NCBI GenBank assembly: GCA_964396845.1
Contig: CAYNGH010000001.1
Span: 11,936-75,935 of the forward strand
Source: an uncultured bacterium
Lineage (GTDB): Bacteria; Vulcanimicrobiota; JAJTBE01; CAYNGH01
Direction: 5' to 3'
Length of the DNA: 64,000 bases
Shown here: positions 57,920 to 64,000 of the stretch, one piece after another
Numbering within the stretch: the stretch's first letter is position 1
How the letters are laid out: the number at the start of each line of letters is the position of its first letter
Made by a program: the position numbers and the translations under genes
Notes under the pieces: model-generated
What the model was told of the DNA's origin: nothing
The model's input: only the letters and a program-made list of their open reading frames with translations
Database searches by the model: none

Positions 57920-58615
57920 TTATTCTTTTACTTCCTGGTGGGTCATCATCATTTGCTTCCGGAACATAAAATACTGCAGGAAATAATCCAGAATCCCCGT
58001 GACAAAAATTAAGATCATCATATGGTAAAACAGGCTCATGGCTGTTCTGCCATAAAGACTGGTGATGTCATGGGCTTTCATTCGGGGGACTCCCTGGATA
58101 GCCGGCAGATTCTTTGAGAGGAAGTTTTGAAATACAATAATAATCAGCAAGGTTCTGAGAATCACCTTGAATGTTTCCAGAAGGCTTTTCTGGGAGAAGA
58201 GTTTTTTTGCTCCCTCCACAGGGTTAATTTTTTCCAGTTTTGGTTTTATCGCTTCCCCTGAAGCCAGAAGACCTGTCTGGAAGACATGGCCGGCGACTCC
58301 CACCACAGAAACCACTCCGAATACCTGTATCAGGATTATCATGGGCTTCTGCCAAGCGTTGAGAATATCTCCCATGTAGTTTGCCACGGTTATGTCCCTG
58401 GCCCCCAGTCCCATGAGCCGGCCTTTGAGCCATTCCAGCATGGTTGTCATCATCCCTGATCCGGCAATGGAAAAGAGTATGAAAACCCCGACAAAAACCA
58501 CGGCCCCTGCCAGGTCGTTGGACTTGGCCACCTGTCCTTTTTTTCTGGCTTCCATCAATCGATGGGGAGTCGGTTGTTCGGTTTTCTCGTCGGCCAAGGA
58601 ATCACCGCCTTTCAA
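57920..58615 (-). CDS. flhB: FlhB N-terminal (membrane) portion, ending at an in-frame TAA
   Basis: MKGGDSLADEKTEQPTPHRLMEARKKGQVAKS... with 4 TM helices. It ends ...MMMTHQEVKE-TAA, where canonical FlhB continues ...EVKDEHK... Confidence 0.8.
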   Translation of the reverse strand: MKGGDSLADEKTEQPTPHRLMEARKKGQVAKSNDLAGAVVFVGVFILFSIAGSGMMTTMLEWLKGRLMGLGARDITVANYMGDILNAWQKPMIILIQVFGVVSVVGVAGHVFQTGLLASGEAIKPKLEKINPVEGAKKLFSQKSLLETFKVILRTLLIIIVFQNFLSKNLPAIQGVPRMKAHDITSLYGRTAMSLFYHMMILIFVTGILDYFLQYFMFRKQMMMTHQEVKE

Positions 58616-58636
58616 GGCCCTGCCGGAGAGATGGGA

Positions 58637-59410
58637 TTAGATGTAGAAGGCCCGGATGATTTGCTGTTGCAACTGGCTAAAATACCTGGAAAAGCCCATC
58701 ATGATATTTCCAAAGGTTGCCATCAGGATAAACAGGCCCAGGAATATCTTGAAGGGAAAGCTGATGAGGAGTATGTTCAGCTTGGGGGCAGTCCGAGCGA
58801 TGAACCCCGCGGTCACATCCACCAGTATGACACCGATTAGCACCGGGGCTGCGGTGACAAAGGCAACTCTGATGATGTCAGAAAAACTGCGAATCATCAG
58901 GGTGACATATCCCGGCCCTACCCGGAAGCTGTCCAGAGGCAGTGCCCGGAAACTGTTGATAAGACCCAGCACAAGCCAGTGATGGCCGTCAAGGCCCAGG
59001 AAGATCATAGTGGCAATCATGTAAAACCATCGGGCATTGACAGTGGACATGACCCCGGAATGAGGATCCACCAGGCTGGACATGGAAAACCCGATTTGCA
59101 AGTCTATCAGAGATCCACCGGACTGGATGGCTTCAAAGACTATGCTCACCGCCATTCCCAGAAGCAGGCCGATGACCGCCTGTCCTGCTACAAGGATGAT
59201 AAAATCCCCCATGGTTGCGGGGATGGCAGATATCTTGTCCAGAGGAGGAAACAACAGCAGGGTTAAAACCAGAACTATGAGAGCCTTGAACATGGCAGGA
59301 AGTGTTCTGGCGCCGATTATCGGCGAGGCCACAAAAAAACCCGATATCCTGGAGAACACCAGGATAAACGAAACGATTGTAGCCGGTCTGAACAGCTGGC
59401 TCAAGTACAA
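58637..59410 (-). CDS. fliR: flagellar export apparatus protein FliR
   Basis: 257-aa polytopic protein directly between fliQ and flhB, with FliR-like hydrophobicity and conserved Gly/Pro spacing. Confidence 0.75.
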   Translation of the reverse strand: MYLSQLFRPATIVSFILVFSRISGFFVASPIIGARTLPAMFKALIVLVLTLLLFPPLDKISAIPATMGDFIILVAGQAVIGLLLGMAVSIVFEAIQSGGSLIDLQIGFSMSSLVDPHSGVMSTVNARWFYMIATMIFLGLDGHHWLVLGLINSFRALPLDSFRVGPGYVTLMIRSFSDIIRVAFVTAAPVLIGVILVDVTAGFIARTAPKLNILLISFPFKIFLGLFILMATFGNIMMGFSRYFSQLQQQIIRAFYI

Positions 59411-59680
59411 TCACCTCAGGTAGCGGGTGAGATCCCCCAGATGATGGGTGGCAAAGTCCAGGACCTTGCGAAGCATCCAGGGAGAGAAAAACATCAGGGC
59501 TGCCCCCGATGCAATGATTTTCATGACAAAACTGACGGACTGCTCCTGGATCTGGGTGATGGCCTGAACAATGCTGATAAAAAGGCCCACCACCATACCC
59601 ACCACCACCACAGGGCCTGCCAGATACAGGGCCAGAGTAAGCATTTCAGACCCGATTTGGGTCGCCTGTCCAGTGGTCAT
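59411..59680 (-). CDS. fliQ: flagellar export apparatus protein FliQ
   Basis: 89 aa; ...LTLALYLAGPVVVVGMVVGLFISIVQAITQIQEQSVSFVMKIIA... is typical FliQ. Confidence 0.85.
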   Translation of the reverse strand: MTTGQATQIGSEMLTLALYLAGPVVVVGMVVGLFISIVQAITQIQEQSVSFVMKIIASGAALMFFSPWMLRKVLDFATHHLGDLTRYLR

Positions 59681-59730
59681 TTCAAATCCCTCCAGAGTCG
59701 GTATTTACAAGGGCACAATTTTTTCCTTGA

Positions 59731-59758
59731 AAAAAAAAGGCCCCCCAAAGGGGAGCCC
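59731..59758 (-). terminator. intrinsic terminator between the fliD-fliS-orf operon and fliQ
   Basis: The minus-strand transcript reads GGGCUCCCC UUU GGGGGGCC followed by U8. Confidence 0.55.
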
Positions 59759-59832
59759 TGCAAGAAGTAATATGTGCCTTTCACCGTCTTTCGCCGATGA
59801 AATCTTAAGTCACATCGGTTGTCACCTGTATG

Positions 59833-60219
59833 TTACTTTCTTACATCAATGAATCTGGATGCAGATAAGGTGTTGTTGTTATAAGAGTTTTTTTCTCCCT
59901 TCCCTGCTCTGCGGGCCTGTGCCATATCTCTGAAGGCCTGTTCCTTCTGAGTGTGAATGGTTTGCCGGACTGTTTCTTCCATCTTTCGGATTTTTACCAG
60001 CTGGCTGTCAAATTCTTTTCTTTCCCGGCTTCCTTCTGGGGGCAGTCTGTGCCGGGGCAGTTCCTTCAATAGAGCTTCCCGCCGGGCAAGAAGTTCGCTG
60101 ATGGCTCCGGTGGCGCCGTTTTTGAGGCATTCAAGTATCCCTTCGGTCATGCCGGCATATTCCCGGCACCATGCAAGGCATGTGTTATCCTGCATTTTAG
60201 TTGAGGTATCGCTGTTCAA
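59833..60219 (-). CDS. hypothetical helical protein in the flagellar cluster (possible FliT/FlgN-like chaperone)
   Basis: 128 aa, immediately downstream of fliS. A chaperone assignment rests on synteny only. Confidence 0.3.
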   Translation of the reverse strand: MNSDTSTKMQDNTCLAWCREYAGMTEGILECLKNGATGAISELLARREALLKELPRHRLPPEGSRERKEFDSQLVKIRKMEETVRQTIHTQKEQAFRDMAQARRAGKGEKNSYNNNTLSASRFIDVRK

Positions 60220-60233
60220 TGTTATTCTCCCGG

Positions 60234-60626
60234 TTATCCGGTCATCTGCAGAGTTGAACTGTCCTGGCTGGAGAAGGCTTCTTCCCAGGAGGACTTGAGC
60301 TGGGACAGGATATTAATGGCCTCGTCGATTCCTTCGATATTGTCTTCGTTTATGGACTGGCGCAGTTGTTCCATGGCATATACATACAGTTTTTTCAATG
60401 CCCCGGCAATTTCAGGGCTTTCATCGTGGTTGAGGGTTGCAATAAGCTCCACCAGCGCGGCGATGGCCTTGAGAATATAAACATTGGCCTTGTGACGTAG
60501 ATCTTTTTTTGCCAGAAGCCGGGCTTTTTTAAGGAACTTTATGGCTCCGCCATAAACCATCAGCAACAGCTTCTCCGGTGAGGAGGTGTTGACCTGAACT
60601 TTCTTATAGCCGTTGAGGCTTCGCAT
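60234..60626 (-). CDS. fliS: flagellar export chaperone FliS
   Basis: MRSLNGYKKVQVNTSSPEKLLLMVYGGAIKFL... has the FliS N-terminus. The longer ORF to 60710 overlaps fliD. Confidence 0.75.
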   Translation of the reverse strand: MRSLNGYKKVQVNTSSPEKLLLMVYGGAIKFLKKARLLAKKDLRHKANVYILKAIAALVELIATLNHDESPEIAGALKKLYVYAMEQLRQSINEDNIEGIDEAINILSQLKSSWEEAFSSQDSSTLQMTG

Positions 60627-60663
60627 CTTGGAAGACAATTCCCTCATCCTTTCGATGTCAGTT

Positions 60664-62055
60664 TTATCTGAAGTCGGTGGCGGATCGCCGGGACCCGGAC
60701 ATGGCTTCAATCTGGTGATTCAGGTATTGGCTCTGGGACTGAAGTTTTGCCATGGCAACCTCCAGGTCCCCAAATTTCCTGTAATACCTTGATTCAACCT
60801 GACGGTAGTATTCTTCCCGGCGGGCAATGTTCTCGTTAAGATCTGTTATCTCCGACAGGTAATGATCCTCGGTGGTATATATTATGCCTTTTTCCGGGTC
60901 CAGAATCCCCCCAAGATAATCAGCCACCCTTACTCCCAGCCCTGTTTCCTTGTCGGTGAAAAATTTAATTACATCATCCATATTGTTTTCCAGGGCAGTG
61001 TTCAGGCTGGTTTCACTCTGAACCGACATTTTCCCCCCGGCCCCGAAGCCTATCCCCAGGCTTGTGAGGTTGTTGAACATGCTCTCCCCGATAACCGGGT
61101 TGTTGATGGAAGAGTATAGGCCCTCTTTTATGGTCATCAGGGCTGATTCAGAAAACAGGGTTCCTGACTGCCCCGAGTCAGGATCATAGGCAAACTGCTG
61201 ATCGAAGTAATCCACCAAGGCATTATACTGACTGATAAAATCGTCGATAACTTCCCTGGCCCGGGCGGTTCTGTTGGAAAGAGATATGGTCACGGTATTG
61301 TCGGGGTCTGCAGAAACAAGACGGATGTTGATTCCATCAATGACATCGTTGATATTGTTGCCGGAGCGAAAAACATCGATGGATCCTTCCCCGGAACCAA
61401 GCCTGATATGAGCGTCCTGGGCCTCCTGCATGGTTGAGTAGTTCAGCTCCTGGCCCCCGGACAGCTCCGCATCGATCTCAATCTCTCCCTTCACACCGCT
61501 GACACTGCTGGTGAGGACCAGTCGAAAATCCTTCTCCCCCGCCTGAACGATTTCTGCGTTGACTCCCATGTTTTCGTTGTTTATGGCTTTTCTAAGGTCT
61601 TCCAGAGTGTTGTTGTCTTCATTCAGATTCAGAGTGGTTGTCTTGCCTTCCAAGGTTATGGAAACAGTGCCGGTCCCCAGGGATTCCCCGGTGGAGGCCA
61701 AGGACCCGGTGGTGACCTGATGATTCTGGGCCAGGGCCATTACTCTGAGGGTGTATGACGAGGTGTTTTTTCCCGCAGTGGCAGAAACAGTAAGAACATC
61801 GCTGTTGGATGATATGGCTTCTCTGGCGGTAAAGGTGGATTCTGATTTAAGGCGGTTGGCCCGCACCTGCAGGGCCAGGGTTCTGGTGTTAAGATCCCTC
61901 CATGCCGTCAGCTTGGTATTTATCTGATTCTTCCTGGATTCCAGCCGTTCCAGAGGCTTGCGTTCAATCTCCATATACTGCTGAACAATCTGTTCCGTGT
62001 CAATACCTGAAACAAGGCCTCCTACCCGGAAATGAGAATCACCTATTATGGACAT
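60664..62055 (-). CDS. fliD: flagellar filament cap protein (hook-associated protein 2) FliD
   Basis: MSIIGDSHFRVGGLVSGIDTEQIVQQYMEIERKPLERLESRKNQINTKLTAW... RBS AAAGGAGG sits 7 nt upstream of this ATG. Confidence 0.8.
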   Translation of the reverse strand: MSIIGDSHFRVGGLVSGIDTEQIVQQYMEIERKPLERLESRKNQINTKLTAWRDLNTRTLALQVRANRLKSESTFTAREAISSNSDVLTVSATAGKNTSSYTLRVMALAQNHQVTTGSLASTGESLGTGTVSITLEGKTTTLNLNEDNNTLEDLRKAINNENMGVNAEIVQAGEKDFRLVLTSSVSGVKGEIEIDAELSGGQELNYSTMQEAQDAHIRLGSGEGSIDVFRSGNNINDVIDGINIRLVSADPDNTVTISLSNRTARAREVIDDFISQYNALVDYFDQQFAYDPDSGQSGTLFSESALMTIKEGLYSSINNPVIGESMFNNLTSLGIGFGAGGKMSVQSETSLNTALENNMDDVIKFFTDKETGLGVRVADYLGGILDPEKGIIYTTEDHYLSEITDLNENIARREEYYRQVESRYYRKFGDLEVAMAKLQSQSQYLNHQIEAMSGSRRSATDFR

Positions 62056-62086
62056 GTCCGCTCCTCCTTTCAACTGAGGGATCTAT

Positions 62087-62117
62087 AAAAACAGGCAAGG
62101 GAAGCCCCCCGGCGGAG
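62087..62117 (-). terminator. intrinsic terminator after fliC
   Basis: Minus-strand transcript AAGGGAAGCCC-UCCGCCGG-GGGCUUCCCUU followed by GCCUGUUUUUAU. Confidence 0.55.
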
Positions 62118-62136
62118 GGCTTCCCTTGGTTTATCC

Positions 62137-63963
62137 TTAGCCGAACAACCTCATGATGGACTGAGGCGCCTGGTTTGCCTGAGCCAGCATGGCCATACCC
62201 GTGGACTGGAGGATCTGGGCCTTGGAGAAGTCCAGCATCTCCTGGGCCATATCCGCATCCCGGATGACCGATTCTGAAGCTGCCATGTTCTGGGCAGCAA
62301 CCCGGAGGTTCCTCACTGAGGACTCAAGAATGTCCTTCTGGAATGAACCCATCGAGGACCGCATGGAGTTGACCTCGTCCATGGCGGCATCGATGATCCT
62401 CAGGGCATCCTGGGCTCCTTCGAAGCTGGTCACATCGATGGACGCAACATCGATGGAACTCATGGAGGTTACTCCTGTGGCAGTGGCTCCCAGTTGGCCT
62501 GCTCTCATATCGCCCAGGGCCACCTTCACCGTCTGGTTGGAGAAAGCACCCACCTGGAACTGAAGGGCGTTCTGCTCCACGGAGATTTTGCCTTCGTCGG
62601 TGGCTCCGCCGTCTATGCGGACCTTGATGCCTTCTGCATCGGTGCCTGCCGCGCCGACCAGGTAAACCCCGCCGACACTGGTGGCGGTGTATCCGCCGAT
62701 GTCACCGGTGACATTGGCGCCTTCCACGCCGTTGGTGCCTCCGCCGTCGGCGATGAACTGGTCCGCTCCCTTGACTCCCAGGGCAATTCCGGTGCCTGAT
62801 GCACTGTTGCCGTCAATCACACTGGAGGAGATGGAGTATTTGATGACGTCGGATGCGCCGTATTCCAGGTTCTCCACCACGAACTGTTCTGCAGTGTCAT
62901 TGTAGCTGACCTTCACATTGAACTCCGCATCAGAAAGAGCGCTGTTGATCCGGGCCACAGCATCACCAATGGAGTCCCCCTGCTTCAGGGCAACATTGAC
63001 ATGAGATCCCTGGCCGTTCTTGATGATGATGGTTTCATTCTGACCAAGGAGAGTGGTGCTGTCGGTTGATGATGCCATATCCCTTGTTAACGTGCCACCG
63101 GCAAAATCATCAGTACCGGTTATCAGCAGAGCGTCATCGTGATCGGCTCCCAGAACATTGAGGCCATCGATTACAATATCTCCACCTACTGACAGATCAA
63201 CAGTTGCAGTAACTTCAGTGAAGCCTGCTTCAGTAAAAGCAGTTTCGATGGCTAATTTCACCGCAGCATCATCATCACCTGCTTCAACATTCACCTCAAT
63301 GGTCTGACCATATACTGCTGTGCCAGAAATAGTAAGAGTTGAGTCGGCTTGAATCAGCTCACTAGCATCACCGCTTATGCCGTATGTAGCACCGTCGATG
63401 GCAGTTCTGGCTTCGCTCCTGTGTTCGCCCTTCACCGATGCCGTCAGGTTGTTCACATCATAGGTGCCCCCTACAGTGTTGACAGAACCTTCGATGAAGG
63501 AGATGCTCTGCTGATCAGAGGTACCCGTTACACCGGAAGAACCGTTGAGAAGACGGCGGGTGCCGAAAGCAGTGGTGTTGGCAATCCGGTTGAGGGTTTC
63601 AATCGAAGCATCTATCTGTTCTTGATCCGCCAGGATTGCTGCTTCGTCGGATGCACCGGTGTTGGATGCATGCAGGGCCAGATTCCTCATAGTACGAAGA
63701 ACAGTGGTTACCTCGTCCAGGGCCGCTTCTGCGGTCTGCACAAGAGAAACACCGTCGTTGGCGTTGCGGATGGCCTGGTTGAGGCCTTCAACCTGACTGC
63801 GGAACTGTTCTGAAATAACCAGACCTGCAGGGTCGTCCGCAGCCCGGTTGATGCGGAGTCCCGATGAGAGCCGTTCCACGGACTTGGTGAAGTTGCCTTC
63901 GTTGAGCTTGAGATAACGGTGCGCATTCATCGCGCTGAGGTTTTTGTACACTACCATTGACAT
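62137..63963 (-). CDS. fliC: flagellin (608 aa, large hypervariable central domain)
   Basis: Conserved N-terminus ...NLSAMNAHRYLKLNEGNFTKSVERLSSGLRINRAADDPAGL... Conserved C-terminus ...SVRNLRVAAQNMAASESVIRDADMAQEM...LAQANQAPQSIMRLFG. RBS AAGGAGG. Confidence 0.9.
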   Translation of the reverse strand: MSMVVYKNLSAMNAHRYLKLNEGNFTKSVERLSSGLRINRAADDPAGLVISEQFRSQVEGLNQAIRNANDGVSLVQTAEAALDEVTTVLRTMRNLALHASNTGASDEAAILADQEQIDASIETLNRIANTTAFGTRRLLNGSSGVTGTSDQQSISFIEGSVNTVGGTYDVNNLTASVKGEHRSEARTAIDGATYGISGDASELIQADSTLTISGTAVYGQTIEVNVEAGDDDAAVKLAIETAFTEAGFTEVTATVDLSVGGDIVIDGLNVLGADHDDALLITGTDDFAGGTLTRDMASSTDSTTLLGQNETIIIKNGQGSHVNVALKQGDSIGDAVARINSALSDAEFNVKVSYNDTAEQFVVENLEYGASDVIKYSISSSVIDGNSASGTGIALGVKGADQFIADGGGTNGVEGANVTGDIGGYTATSVGGVYLVGAAGTDAEGIKVRIDGGATDEGKISVEQNALQFQVGAFSNQTVKVALGDMRAGQLGATATGVTSMSSIDVASIDVTSFEGAQDALRIIDAAMDEVNSMRSSMGSFQKDILESSVRNLRVAAQNMAASESVIRDADMAQEMLDFSKAQILQSTGMAMLAQANQAPQSIMRLFG

Positions 63964-64000
63964 ATCAAATTCCTCCTTGAATTTGTATTAATTTTCTGCC

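Noticed and set aside
57920-57922. Possibility that the flhB in-frame stop is a selenocysteine or other recoding site, like the peroxiredoxin UGA.
   Set aside because: The codon is TAA, not TGA. No recoding hairpin is apparent downstream. Canonical FlhB has an ordinary residue here.
1-64000. CRISPR arrays, tRNA/rRNA genes, IS elements or integrases.
   Set aside because: No direct-repeat/spacer periodicity, no tRNA-like cloverleaf candidates in intergenic regions, and no transposase or integrase motifs were found in any frame.

Overview
This is a 64-kb chromosomal segment of about 56-58% GC, densely coded on both strands, from a flagellated Gram-negative bacterium. The gene content suggests Desulfobacterota (Deltaproteobacteria-like), but I infer this from the sequence alone. 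The supporting content is selenocysteine usage, several B12-binding radical SAM enzymes, WD40, TPR and PQQ repeat proteins, a geranylgeranyl-reductase homolog and a flagellar gene cluster.

Genes I can support: (1) a macromolecular-synthesis operon (YvcK-like, dGTPase, dnaG, rpoD); (2) housekeeping genes prmA, hpf, wecB, ctp (S41 protease), fba, queD, udk, ALDH, an APC permease and csrA; (3) a flagellar export and filament block (fliC, fliD, fliS; fliQ-fliR-flhB-flhA-fliA); (4) two paralogous membrane-fused spermidine-synthase-like proteins; (5) three B12-binding radical SAM genes, two in tandem next to an enolase-superfamily gene; (6) membrane glycosylation modules (YfhO / methyltransferase / GtrB-like GT2, and a GT-C-like protein); (7) a Ser/Thr kinase with Zn-ribbon and PQQ propeller domains; (8) a 997-aa WD40 lipoprotein.

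Most notable observations, all read directly from the sequence:
- A peroxiredoxin gene that the ORF track splits in two is one selenoprotein gene. An in-frame UGA sits exactly at the peroxidatic-Cys position (FTFV-U-PTEL) and is followed by a SECIS-like hairpin.
- flhB is interrupted by a single in-frame TAA about 40 codons upstream of the NPTH autocleavage site.
- A conserved intergenic element of roughly 65-90 nt recurs upstream of fba, queD and a lipoprotein gene.
- A secreted protein carries an internal tandem duplication.

No CRISPR arrays, rRNA or tRNA genes or obvious IS elements were seen. I ran no database searches; all domain calls rest on motif recognition by eye.
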